From assembly GCA_008080735.1 (NCBI GenBank), contig SHMW01000050.1:1-31128 (forward strand): DNA of 31,128 bases, given 5' to 3'. Positions within the stretch are counted from its first letter, which is position 1, and each line of letters starts with the position of its first letter. Of this stretch, positions 1-9,878 are shown piece after piece. Source of the DNA: Promethearchaeota archaeon (GTDB taxonomy: Archaea; Asgardarchaeota; Lokiarchaeia; Sigyniarchaeales; SOKP01). Both the position numbers and the translations under genes were made by a program. A model generated the notes under the pieces. The model ran no database searches. It was not told the origin of the DNA and worked only from the letters and a program-made list of their open reading frames with translations.

Positions 1-75
1 CGTTGAATTGCTGATTTCCGATGCGATTCATCTTATCCCTTAAGGGATGCGTTTTCTCGCATTTTCAATGATAAA

Positions 76-1860
76 TTAATTATAGATTTCTCGCAGTTCT
101 CGTTTTAAAATCTTACCGATAACTGTTTTCGGAAGTTCAGGTAAAATTTCAACAATCCTGGGATATTTATATGGGCTGATGTTCTCTTTACACCATTCTA
201 AAATTTCTTGTTCCGAGATCTTTCCTTTAAATTCAGGTTTTAATGAGATAAATGCTTTTATATTCTCCCCAGCTATTGGATCTGGCGCTCCTACGACGGC
301 CACCTCGTCCACTTTTTCATTCATATAAATTAGTTCTTCTACTTCTCGTGGAAAAACGGAATGTCCCTTGTATTTTATCATGTCGCGTTTTCGATCTTTT
401 AATCGTAAGTATCCATCTTTATCAATACATCCAATATCACTCGTGTAGAGCCATATTCCTCCGTCAGGTTCACTTCTCAGTGCATGCTGTGTTGCCTCTT
501 CTCGACTTAAGTAGCCCATCATAACTTGCGGACCTTTAATGCATACTTCTCCGATAAATTTTTGCTCATCCATTCCACATTCTTCACAACTCTCTCGAGT
601 ACATTGCGGGAGAATTGATACGCCATCTTCAATGTTAACAATTTTTACTTCTGTATTTGGTAGGGGTAATCCAACAGTGTTAATTTTCGTTCTTTTGAAA
701 GGATTAAGTGAAACTACAGGAGAACATTCTGATAACCCGTACCCTTCAAGGATAGTTGCTTCAGTTATATTCTCAAATTTTTTCTTCACTTCCTTTGGTA
801 ATGGAGATGCAGCACAGATGCAGGCTATGAGAGAATCCAATTCTCCTTTATATTTTTCACAATCCGGATCTTGAATGAGTTTAATGAATAGAGTTGGGAC
901 ACCGGGCATAAAGGTGATATCTTCTTTCTTTACAAATGCGAGCAATTTGGAAAGGTTTTCAGGAGGGCGAGGAATTAATACATTGCTCCATCCTTCTAAA
1001 ATCGCTACTGTCATACCGATATTACCGTAAGAGTGTGCGAGCGGAACAACTAAAAGCATCCCTCCCTTTCCTTTCACCTCATTCATTCGCTCTAATTGTG
1101 TGGAAGCCCAATAATCGGTTTGCTGAGCATTAACAATCAAATTATAATGGGAAGTTTTAACTCCTTTGGGGATACCTGTCGTACCTCCAGTATAGATCAG
1201 TACTGCTGGATCTTTTTTCAGATCAATTTCTATCTCGGGAACTTTAATATCTTGTTCAGCACATAATATATTCTGAAATGCTTTAAACTCTATATCTTCA
1301 ATTCTTTTCGGCCAATTTTTCATAGTTGGCACTTTTCCTAAGAGTTTTCCAAGAAAACCTTTAACTTTTGGCAAATATTCAGTCAATTTTGTAAGTACTA
1401 TCGTCTCTAATGAATCCATTTTAGAAAGATCCTTTCCATCTAGATATTCTTCATAAAGATAGTCTAATATTATTAGAGATTTTGCTTTTGAATCGTTGAT
1501 TTGATGAACTATCTCCACATATCTGTTAACGGGAAGAATGGGATTTGAAACAGCTCCAAGACGCAGAATAGCAAAATGCGCGATTATGTACTGTGGAATA
1601 TTTGGCATATCTATGGCGACAACATCACCTTTTTCAATACCTAATTGTGCTAAGCCCGTAGCAAATTGGTCTACAATCGTATCGAGCTCACTATACGTCA
1701 TGCGAAACCCTTTAAATAATAGAGCTTCCGATTCTGGATATATTTCCGCAGTTTGCCTTAATAATTCCCCTAAACTCATCTCTTTATAGTCGATATGTTT
1801 AGGAGTTTCCTCGGGCCAGCTTTTGTACCAATATTTTTGAACTTCTTCAATCATTTTCAC
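76..1860 (-). CDS. fadD: Long-chain fatty acid--CoA ligase (AMP-binding, FadD-like)
   Basis: YTGGTTGIPKG ATP/AMP loop, EGYGLSE, YTSDIG, DRKRDMI, and PKTVIGKILK with the catalytic Lys. Start is GTG 1860 or ATG 1854. Confidence 0.93.
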   Translation of the reverse strand: MKMIEEVQKYWYKSWPEETPKHIDYKEMSLGELLRQTAEIYPESEALLFKGFRMTYSELDTIVDQFATGLAQLGIEKGDVVAIDMPNIPQYIIAHFAILRLGAVSNPILPVNRYVEIVHQINDSKAKSLIILDYLYEEYLDGKDLSKMDSLETIVLTKLTEYLPKVKGFLGKLLGKVPTMKNWPKRIEDIEFKAFQNILCAEQDIKVPEIEIDLKKDPAVLIYTGGTTGIPKGVKTSHYNLIVNAQQTDYWASTQLERMNEVKGKGGMLLVVPLAHSYGNIGMTVAILEGWSNVLIPRPPENLSKLLAFVKKEDITFMPGVPTLFIKLIQDPDCEKYKGELDSLIACICAASPLPKEVKKKFENITEATILEGYGLSECSPVVSLNPFKRTKINTVGLPLPNTEVKIVNIEDGVSILPQCTRESCEECGMDEQKFIGEVCIKGPQVMMGYLSREEATQHALRSEPDGGIWLYTSDIGCIDKDGYLRLKDRKRDMIKYKGHSVFPREVEELIYMNEKVDEVAVVGAPDPIAGENIKAFISLKPEFKGKISEQEILEWCKENISPYKYPRIVEILPELPKTVIGKILKRELREIYN

Positions 1861-2421
1861 TAAAATAATTTAAGTTATACACTATAAATCTTCGTTTATT
1901 TTGTTAGTATTGTTCAAAAACTGAAATTAAATATAAAATCTGCAATATGAATGAAACTATCAACTATTAAAAATTGGAAACATATGGAATTTTTAATTAT
2001 AACAACTCCCAATAGGAAAAATAGTATTAAATTCACTCTTCGAGAGGATTTCTGGAATTAGACGATTTTTATTGAATTTTGATCTAAAGGAAAAGCCAAT
2101 TAATCTAATCTTAAGGATTTTCTAATAAAAAATATTGAAAATGTGTAAAAAGATAAATATGAAGCAATTTTACATTAATGTTCAAAAATATGGCTTATTA
2201 GATAATATTTTAAAATAATAAAAAAGTGAGGCGGATAGTATGAAAAAAGGTCTTATGATATAACAGAATCAGGTTTCGTCTCTTTATGCTAACCTAAATT
2301 CGTTTTTGAACTATGAGAAAATTTAGAATTATATTGATATTAACTTCTATAATTTTGATGATAATAAAAAATAAATGAATTTTATATAGATTAAAAAGAA
2401 AAAATAATGCTTTAGTTTTTT

Positions 2422-4149
2422 TTAATCCGTTTTTCTTAGCACTTTCTTATCTATCTTACCTACTGCTGTAAGAGGAATTTCTTTTGTGAATTCTATGATT
2501 TTTGGTACTTCATATGGGGCGCAATTTTCACTAGCGTATTTTTGGATTTCTTCTTTTAGATCCCCTTCAGATTCATATTCATAGCTCGGATCAACTTGGA
2601 GATAGGCTTTCACAATTTCAGAACCTGGTCTATCAGGATTAGGAACGCCTATTAGCGCTATTAAGTCGACAGCGGGATGCTTAGATAATACATCCTCAAC
2701 CTTACTGGAAAATACTTTGTATCCACTCACGATAATCATATCTTTGGTACGATCGACAATTCTTAAGTATCCCATCTCATCGATTATTGCCACATCGCCA
2801 GTATGCATAAACCCTTCTTTATCAATTGCTTTCTCAGTCTCTTGCGGTTTATTATAATATCCCTGCATGACCATGGGTCCTCGAACTAAGATTTCACCTG
2901 CCTCCCCAACTGGGACCTCCTTATTGGTCTCGGGATCCACTAATTTGAGGTCAACATTTAAAATGGGAAGTCCAATATGACCTAGCTTCTTTTCTCCCTT
3001 GCTCGGATTCATTACAGTGAGAGGAGAGCATTCCGTCATCCCATAAACTTCCAGTAATTTACCTTCTCCAACAATCTTCTCTAATTCTACTTGTGATTCT
3101 TTTGGAAATGGTGAGGCCGCAGAAATGCATACATCTAAACTTGAATGATCGAGTTCGGCAAACTTAGGTTCTTTTAAAAGAATCTGAAATAACGAGGGGA
3201 CGTTTACGAGAGCAGTGGGTGTATATTTTTCTAATTCATCGCAAATATGTTTCGTATCCCGCGGATTTGGAATAAGGCATTGCCCCCATCCTAAATATAA
3301 ACAATTTTCACAGAAAAATAAGCCCGCGATATGAAAAAAGGGAAATCCTGACAGTGCGTAATAATTTCCTCTTTCCCAATTCAGCCAACTCTGTACAATC
3401 AGGAGATCCGAAACGGCATTACGATGAGTAAGCATTGCACCTTTCGGGGGTCCCGTAGTTCCACCCGTATATTGGATATATGCCAAATCATCCGGCGTTA
3501 CCTTTATATCTGGTCTCTCAGTAGGATAGTTATTTAAAATATCTTTATGAAACTCGATAACGTTTTTACCCGGAAGGGTAATTAATTTTCCTTTGGGAAT
3601 CTTTCCAATAAGCTTTCCTAAAACTTGTTTGATTTTGGGTAAAAATCCTCCAACACTTGCTCCAACTACTAGTTTGAGTTGTGGGATCTTATCCGCTATC
3701 TTGGTGATATGGGCTTCGAAAATAGCATCTAACGTTACTAGAGCTACTTTCTTTCCCTTAGCTCCTAAATCATTCAGTTGATATTCTATTTGCATAGCAG
3801 ACATCAATGGAGAAACTCCAGATACAATGCAACCTGCTTTATGAGTACCAACTAAAGCAATCACGTATTCTGGAATGTTTGGGAGATTAATTCCTACAAC
3901 ATCTCCTTTCTCAAATCCATTATCGATGAGCATATTGGCAAATTGATTGGAATACTCCTCTAATTCTCCAAAAGTTATCTCTACTCCGAGAAAAGCTAAG
4001 GCGATTTTTTCACTATCTTGTTCGAACGATTTGCGTAAAGAATCTGGAAATGATTTTTCCCATACACTCGGGTCTAAATCCTTCAAACCGTCATCCCAAT
4101 TCTTTTTCCAGAATTTATTAGCATATTTTGATGCTTGTTCTTGTGTCAT
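2422..4149 (-). CDS. fadD: Long-chain fatty acid--CoA ligase (AMP-binding, FadD-like), paralogue of the neighbouring gene
   Basis: YTGGTTGPPKG, EVYGMTE, HTGDVA, DRTKDMIIVSG, PLTAVGKIDK. Confidence 0.93.
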   Translation of the reverse strand: MTQEQASKYANKFWKKNWDDGLKDLDPSVWEKSFPDSLRKSFEQDSEKIALAFLGVEITFGELEEYSNQFANMLIDNGFEKGDVVGINLPNIPEYVIALVGTHKAGCIVSGVSPLMSAMQIEYQLNDLGAKGKKVALVTLDAIFEAHITKIADKIPQLKLVVGASVGGFLPKIKQVLGKLIGKIPKGKLITLPGKNVIEFHKDILNNYPTERPDIKVTPDDLAYIQYTGGTTGPPKGAMLTHRNAVSDLLIVQSWLNWERGNYYALSGFPFFHIAGLFFCENCLYLGWGQCLIPNPRDTKHICDELEKYTPTALVNVPSLFQILLKEPKFAELDHSSLDVCISAASPFPKESQVELEKIVGEGKLLEVYGMTECSPLTVMNPSKGEKKLGHIGLPILNVDLKLVDPETNKEVPVGEAGEILVRGPMVMQGYYNKPQETEKAIDKEGFMHTGDVAIIDEMGYLRIVDRTKDMIIVSGYKVFSSKVEDVLSKHPAVDLIALIGVPNPDRPGSEIVKAYLQVDPSYEYESEGDLKEEIQKYASENCAPYEVPKIIEFTKEIPLTAVGKIDKKVLRKTD

Positions 4150-4614
4150 TTTTTTTCACGTTTTTTTTTTATATTTTTGTATAAATTCGATTTTCTTTCG
4201 TTGACTTAAATATTTGTCTTTTGGATTAATAAATCCTTCTTCAAAATATGTCAAGTTTTAAAAATCAAAATGCCGTAATTCAGATTGAATTCATATAAAA
4301 ATGCAGAAAAATGAAATAAAAACCATAATTTTTCATAAAATACCCATTTGTTAGATGATAGATTGAGTTATTAGCCCAAATATTCAACCTCGTTTTTGGG
4401 AATATCTATTAGAAAGGATAAAAGCAAAACAAAAGGTTATTTAAAACCCTCTTAAAGGCGACATAAATCCTCCCATTACCTATATCGTGAGGTTCTACTT
4501 GCTTTAGGTTGTTAATTTCTTCCTTGTTTATTTTAAATAAGAAATCTTTTAGGCGGTATAGCAAAATTAGCGAAATTAAAGAAAAATAAATAAAATAGTT
4601 AATTTTTTCTAAAA

Positions 4615-5940
4615 TTAGTCATCTCTGACCAAATTCTTTCCGTTAGTTAAATACTCTGTAAATCTAATTCTCGATGGACAAACATAGGAGCATAATCCAC
4701 ACTCGATACAGTCCTCCACATGCAATTTTCTTAATCGATTGGCATCCTTCTTCTTTTCTGCCTCCATTATTAGTTGCGGATAAATATAGACAGGACATAT
4801 GGTATTACAATATCCACAACGTATACAAGGTAATGGCTCTCTATATGGGTCAGGTTCATTTGGGGTAAATCCCGTTACTGCGGAAGTTGCTTTTAGGATT
4901 GGATAGGAAGGATTTGGGATCGTTGGACCCATCAATATTGAGCCCAAAATGATTCGCTCATATTGGGTGGGTGAGTCTCCAACAAACTTAAGAATATGGT
5001 CAACTGGAGTGCCCATACGAACCCATAAATTCTTTCCCCCTTTCTCTTTTGAATAATATGTAAGTCCACGAGATACCAGAGGTTCTCCTTTTTCTATCGC
5101 TTCCTCAACTGCATAAGCCGTTGCTACATTATGCACTAACACCCCAATATCTGGCGGAAATTTACCAGAAGGAACCTCTTTATCTAAGACCTCTTTTACT
5201 AGCAATTTTTCACTTCCAATAGAATAATTTGGACGCATGCGTTCTAAACTTATTTCATTTTCTTCTAAAAGCGCTTCAAATTCGGGAGTCTCACCTTCTT
5301 GAGTCCTTGTTGCGAAAGTAATCTTTTTAACTCCGAGTATTTTTGCCATTATATTTATCCCGTTGATAATCTCTTTCGGTTTTTCCATCATCAAGCGACA
5401 ATCACATGCAATATTAGGGTCGCTTTCTTTAGCATTGATAATAAGGTGAGAAATCTTTTGAGACGTGTTAAGTTTTACATGGGTCGGGAATGATGCTCCC
5501 CCTAATCCTACGATCCCAGCTTCGCGAACTCTTTCTAAAAGGATATTGCGTGACTCCTTCTCGGGATCTAGAGGCTCATAAAATGGTTCTTGATTATCAT
5601 CCTTGGTTGCTATTATTACAGCTTTTTCGATTTTTCCAGAGATAGGATTGAGCATTTCTATCTCTTCTTTTATTGTTCCCTTAACGGGCGAATGTATAGG
5701 AACCACCATTGGTCCAGCATCAGGATTATCTCCAATTTTTTGACCATAGCGAACAGATTCTCCTACATTAACGACCAAATTCGTTTCAGGTCCAATATGT
5801 TGCTTGAGAAAGACAATCATCTCCTCGGCGGGCGGTATAGTGGAAAAAGGGTCCTCTAATGCATTCATCTTGATATCGATATCAACATTAAATCTCCCCT
5901 TTTCTATGAACTTATACTCATTTTTCTTCTTAAAGAGCAT
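4615..5940 (-). CDS. rnfC: RnfC/RsxC-like NAD(H)/FMN-binding, 2x[4Fe-4S] subunit
   Basis: LKQHIG, IHSPVKG, AGIVGLGGASFPTHVKL, and two ferredoxin motifs CIRCGYCNTICP and CIECGLCSYVCP. ATG at 5940 is preferred over GTG 5949 because GGAGGTG (SD) lies just upstream. Confidence 0.9.
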   Translation of the reverse strand: MLFKKKNEYKFIEKGRFNVDIDIKMNALEDPFSTIPPAEEMIVFLKQHIGPETNLVVNVGESVRYGQKIGDNPDAGPMVVPIHSPVKGTIKEEIEMLNPISGKIEKAVIIATKDDNQEPFYEPLDPEKESRNILLERVREAGIVGLGGASFPTHVKLNTSQKISHLIINAKESDPNIACDCRLMMEKPKEIINGINIMAKILGVKKITFATRTQEGETPEFEALLEENEISLERMRPNYSIGSEKLLVKEVLDKEVPSGKFPPDIGVLVHNVATAYAVEEAIEKGEPLVSRGLTYYSKEKGGKNLWVRMGTPVDHILKFVGDSPTQYERIILGSILMGPTIPNPSYPILKATSAVTGFTPNEPDPYREPLPCIRCGYCNTICPVYIYPQLIMEAEKKKDANRLRKLHVEDCIECGLCSYVCPSRIRFTEYLTNGKNLVRDD

Positions 5941-5941
5941 A

Positions 5942-6964
5942 TTACCCACCTCCCTCTGATTCCCTATGGCCGAATGGAGTTCTTAGTATTGGTTTATCTA
6001 GCAAGGGTGTAGCAAAATTCAAAATAATCAAGGCAAAAATCGATCCCCCAACAATGTTAAAAAGTTGGAAAATGAACGTAAGTACTGCAATAGAGATTCC
6101 AAAAATGTATTGTGAGATTTCCGGCATCGGAGTCGATTGGGGTTCAGTAGCCATAAAAAATATCATAAAGATGAAACTTCCCGTAAATACGTGGAACGCA
6201 ATTCTTCCAAAAGGGTCTGGACCTACGATTAAACCAATTCCAATTGATAGTAATGTCATTGTAATTAGCCCTGAGATAATAATACGCCATTTATATCTAA
6301 GCCAATAAGCAGCGATCGAACCTACGATGAGAACGGTGATACTACTAGCTCCCCCGATCCAACCATGCTGTTGCCAGAGAATTAGACCCCAAGGTGCCGA
6401 AAGTTCTATACCTAAGAATGGTATAACCTTACCATCAAATATATACATAGAATCATTGAAACCTTCTGCGGTTAAAAGGTTTAATACTGCATGATGTTCG
6501 TGCAAAATTAGTCCGTTGAGAAGAGGATCCTGTAAAAAGACCATCAAAGATAATAGCACCCATAAAAACGATTTCGAAGCTGCTGCGGGGTTAAGATATT
6601 TTCTTTTGAAAAATTTTCCTTGCCCATACTTAAAAACCAGTATCATTAGAAATGCGACTATTGCGGTTATATAATAAGGCGCTGCTATAGGCATAGCTAA
6701 TCCTACAATCAGACCTGCCACCATAGACGATGCAGGTGTTTCATAGGTATAATCTTTTCCCTTTATTTTTTGATATGAATGGATCGTACCATGTACTATA
6801 AGGACGGTTCCTAATGCGATGAGTATATGGTTTAAAGCTCCCTGTTCCCACATAACAATTACCGAAAAAATTGCGATAATAGACATCATCAAAAAGGTCT
6901 TAAGCATGAGCTCATTCTTCTCAAATCCTATATATAAATGGGGTGGATTTACGACTTTATACAC
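5942..6964 (-). CDS. rnfD: RnfD/NqrB-family integral membrane subunit (divergent)
   Basis: N-terminal PPHL, LNPAA, GWIGGAS (cf. GSIGETS), FFMATEPQSTP (cf. FMATDPVTSP), NFATPLLDK; multiple TM segments; abuts rnfC. Confidence 0.85.
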   Translation of the reverse strand: MYKVVNPPHLYIGFEKNELMLKTFLMMSIIAIFSVIVMWEQGALNHILIALGTVLIVHGTIHSYQKIKGKDYTYETPASSMVAGLIVGLAMPIAAPYYITAIVAFLMILVFKYGQGKFFKRKYLNPAAASKSFLWVLLSLMVFLQDPLLNGLILHEHHAVLNLLTAEGFNDSMYIFDGKVIPFLGIELSAPWGLILWQQHGWIGGASSITVLIVGSIAAYWLRYKWRIIISGLITMTLLSIGIGLIVGPDPFGRIAFHVFTGSFIFMIFFMATEPQSTPMPEISQYIFGISIAVLTFIFQLFNIVGGSIFALIILNFATPLLDKPILRTPFGHRESEGGG

Positions 6965-7412
6965 TTGCTTATCTTTTTTATTTGTATTTGTAATTTTAAA
7001 TCGCCAAAATTCGCTAATTTGATTTTTATATATCTAACAATATTTCTGAATCATTTTTTTAATAGTTTGCCATTATTTTCTATTATTTTTCCTAAAATTA
7101 ATTCATATCTTCAAATAAAAGAATTTCGAAATTTGCTTTCTCTGCCGTAAATAAACCATTTTCTAATTTATAGAAATTTTAATATTGCTGTAATATGGTT
7201 TTTTGTCGGCATAATAATCCCATCGACTAATCGTGTCTATCTCGGCTTTACTTTTAGTTACCTCCCTCTCTCTCTATATAATTATCTTCCTTTTAACAGA
7301 AACGAGATTACTACAAATATAAAGGGGAATTCTTTGAATCATCTCCAAAAGAAGATTATCAAAAATTGTCGGTCTTGTGGGTTTTTATTTTCGGGCTTAA
7401 TTATGTAGTATA

Positions 7413-8168
7413 ATGCAGTTTGATTCCGGACTTGGAGTATATTATAACAATAAAAAACAACCTCCCATCTCCACTGGAGATTCTACACTTGATGAATTAT
7501 TAAAAGGAGGGTATCGAAAAGATCTCGTCCATCTTCTCTACGGCGATCAAAATAAAACCACGAATATATTGCTTACCACCTCTGTAATTGTCCAGAAAGC
7601 GTTTTTTAATGGTGGATTAGGGGATGGAATTCGTGTGGCGTTTATCGACGGCAATAATCGGTTTAATCCGTATACTGTAAGCAAATTCGCAGCATCAAAA
7701 AAACTCTCACCGCGAAAAGTTCTAGAAAACATTATTATCGCCCGCGCATTTACGTGGGATCAGATGACAGAACTATTAGAAAACCGCCTTAAACGGTTGG
7801 AAGACGTAAAACTAGTCTTAATCTCAGGTATTACCAATCTTTTTCCGGCCTATGAAAAACATACATTTGAGGATTTGCTAAGATCAATAAGCGGTATTAA
7901 AGCGATTCTCTCTAAAAATAACCCATTGATAGTGATCACCGCACAGCTTCACGAATCCTCTCAATTCCGACCGAAAGGCGGAAAAATCCTCTCTCATTTT
8001 GGAAATGTACTTGTAATGATTAAAGATGATGAGCGATTTACAGAATACACTCTGATTCAGCATCCTTTTCTCTCTGAAAATCAACTAAAAAAGTGGAAGC
8101 CTCGTGAACCTAAAAGGAATTTGGGGAATCAATCCAAAAATAGTACTCTGGATATGTGGATGAAATAA
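7413..8168 (+). CDS. Inactivated RadA/RecA-fold paralogue (iRadA; ImuA-like), PolB2-associated
   Basis: RadA hallmarks ISTGDSTLDELLKGG, FIDGNNRF, LENIIIARAFT, PKGGKILSH. Walker A is degenerate (YGDQNKTT) and Walker B lacks Asp (LVLISG). No N-terminal HhH domain. Confidence 0.85.
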   Translation: MQFDSGLGVYYNNKKQPPISTGDSTLDELLKGGYRKDLVHLLYGDQNKTTNILLTTSVIVQKAFFNGGLGDGIRVAFIDGNNRFNPYTVSKFAASKKLSPRKVLENIIIARAFTWDQMTELLENRLKRLEDVKLVLISGITNLFPAYEKHTFEDLLRSISGIKAILSKNNPLIVITAQLHESSQFRPKGGKILSHFGNVLVMIKDDERFTEYTLIQHPFLSENQLKKWKPREPKRNLGNQSKNSTLDMWMK

Positions 8169-8225
8169 GAGAAATAAGGAAAAAGAGCAGTTATTCCAAA
8201 GAATTTTTACTTGGGAGCCCTCTTA

Positions 8226-8621
8226 TTATGCTCGTCGAAATAAGTCAGCCGCACATTGCTGGAGTTGATAAATATCTGCGTTATCAAACGCATTGCTGAT
8301 TAGTTTTTCTTGATATTCACTCTTGATGATGTCAAGATATAATTGAATTTTTGATCTCATCTCTTCAGAGATATCATGAGCGGCATAAATAACTGATAAG
8401 GTCTCATCTTTTTCATAAGAGATCTCAATATCTCCATGTTCAATGAAAAAGGTTGAATTATTTGCGAACATATTTAAGAAAGCGGCCATAGTGGAAAAAT
8501 ATTCAGAAATAACTGCTTTCGAGATTTTATTCCCATCTTGGAGGAAGTCCATGACAAATAAGGGAGTTCCCCCCTTAACCACTGTTAAATATAATATATT
8601 TTGTATACTTTTCAATTCCAT
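8226..8621 (-). CDS. Stand-alone longin/roadblock-like domain protein (Asgard-type)
   Basis: 131 aa. ILYLTVVKGGTPLFVMDF hairpin, helix ISEYFSTMAAFL, three strands, then C-terminal helix with EYQEKL; pattern recognised by eye. Confidence 0.6.
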   Translation of the reverse strand: MELKSIQNILYLTVVKGGTPLFVMDFLQDGNKISKAVISEYFSTMAAFLNMFANNSTFFIEHGDIEISYEKDETLSVIYAAHDISEEMRSKIQLYLDIIKSEYQEKLISNAFDNADIYQLQQCAADLFRRA

Positions 8622-9034
8622 TTGAAAAAAGCCCCGTGACTGATTAAGGATTACTTTTGATTTATGATATATAAACCAAAATTCCTAAGTTATAGTAAAA
8701 TTGTCTGGTATTTAAATGTATTTTCTTCTTGATTTTTCCCGCGAAAAAAGTGAAAAAATAAGAGATATTTTGATTCTTTGTTGGAGATTCTTTTCGAAAG
8801 TATTTTTGTCCTTCTTAAATTTATCTTTTTTCCTAGGAAAAAAAGGAAAAAACACTTAGAGATTTTCTACTTGGAAATGTGAAAGAATTCAGAAGAATAT
8901 AAATATTGTTTAGAACTTTTCGAATTGGAATTTGAAAAAAAAATGGGGTTGAGAATCTCAAGCAATTTGGTGAGGATTTGTCACTGTTTGAAGACATTGA
9001 GTCTTTAATCGTGAAACACTTTCTTTAGAGTCTT

Positions 9035-9451
9035 TTATTTCTTATTAGACTTTTTTTTGTACATGGATTCATCTTTATTCTCTAAGGTTAACGGATCTCC
9101 GCCATATTGTACTTTTTTAGCTTGGTAATAAAGCTTCATTTTCTCCTCCACCATTTCATTCCATTTAACAATCCCTAGCTTTTTCATCATCACAGAATTA
9201 TACACTTTAGAATTATGGGGGAGGAAAATCTCGAAATTTACGATTGGTTGAAGTTTTTCGCACGGGAATTCCTCACATTTATAACAAAAGTTAATCCCTT
9301 TTTGAGTGACGCATTCATAGGTTTCACAGATGGGAAAATCTTTAATTTGTCCTTTTTCTTCACGGCATCCTCTACATCCATATGCTTTCACTCCCGGACA
9401 CATCTTGCAATAGATTCCGCATGGGGCATGGTCTTTATAATATGCACTCAT
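9035..9451 (-). CDS. DUF3795-type Cys-rich metal-binding protein
   Basis: APCGIYCKMCP...CRGCR...CETYEC...FCYKCEEFPC. Start moved to ATG 9451 (GGAAGGT upstream); the longer ORF would overlap the divergent gene. Confidence 0.8.
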   Translation of the reverse strand: MSAYYKDHAPCGIYCKMCPGVKAYGCRGCREEKGQIKDFPICETYECVTQKGINFCYKCEEFPCEKLQPIVNFEIFLPHNSKVYNSVMMKKLGIVKWNEMVEEKMKLYYQAKKVQYGGDPLTLENKDESMYKKKSNKK

Positions 9452-9606
9452 ATAACAATACCTTCCAGACATTCTTAATTTAATATTACTTTTACCATAA
9501 AAAAGATTTTCGACAAAAATCAGAAAATTAGTAGTCCTTCCTTCTTTAAATGGATTTATGTTTTTATTATAGTGAGTTGGATAACGAATGGAACAAGGAG
9601 GAAAAT

Positions 9607-9876
9607 ATGGGACGCACAGTACCATCTTTCAGACCCGCACTTGAGGAGGAGATAGAAAGCTGGAAAGATTTTAAGCGAGCACTTCGTCCAGATGATCAAA
9701 AAATCTTTGATAAATTGATGAATTATGCCCGAATTCATGCAGATGCGGGAAGCTTAGCCGCTCGTCCGATGCTTTCCGAAATCTTATTTATGTCATATAC
9801 CATTGAACAAGAAAAGAAAATTGAAGCACTTCAAAAAAGAATAAAGGAGTTAGAAAACAAAATTCGCGAGAAATAA
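9607..9876 (+). CDS. Small helical partner of PolB2 (PPB2-like), 89 aa
   Basis: MGRTVPSFR...WKDFKRALRPDDQKIFDKL signature of the small gene preceding archaeal polB2. AAGGAGG SD before ATG 9607; stop lies 2 nt before the polB2 start. Confidence 0.8.
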   Translation: MGRTVPSFRPALEEEIESWKDFKRALRPDDQKIFDKLMNYARIHADAGSLAARPMLSEILFMSYTIEQEKKIEALQKRIKELENKIREK

Positions 9877-9878
9877 TC

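Noticed and set aside
1861-2421. Short ORFs (36 aa at 1951; MKKGLMI at 2240) and repeated GTTCAAAAA in the long intergenic gap
   Set aside because: No supporting motifs; explicable by very high AT content.
7334-7408. TTG-start 24-aa ORF with CxxC upstream of iRadA
   Set aside because: Too short, weak start codon and only one CxxC.
8734-8747. TTTTCCCGCGAAAA, resembling a eukaryotic E2F site, near DNA-repair genes
   Set aside because: Single short match, not upstream of the polymerase gene, and no evidence for a cognate factor.
8826-8843. Perfect palindrome TTTTTTCCTAGGAAAAAA
   Set aside because: Mostly homopolymer arms in AT-rich DNA; cannot be assigned as operator or terminator.
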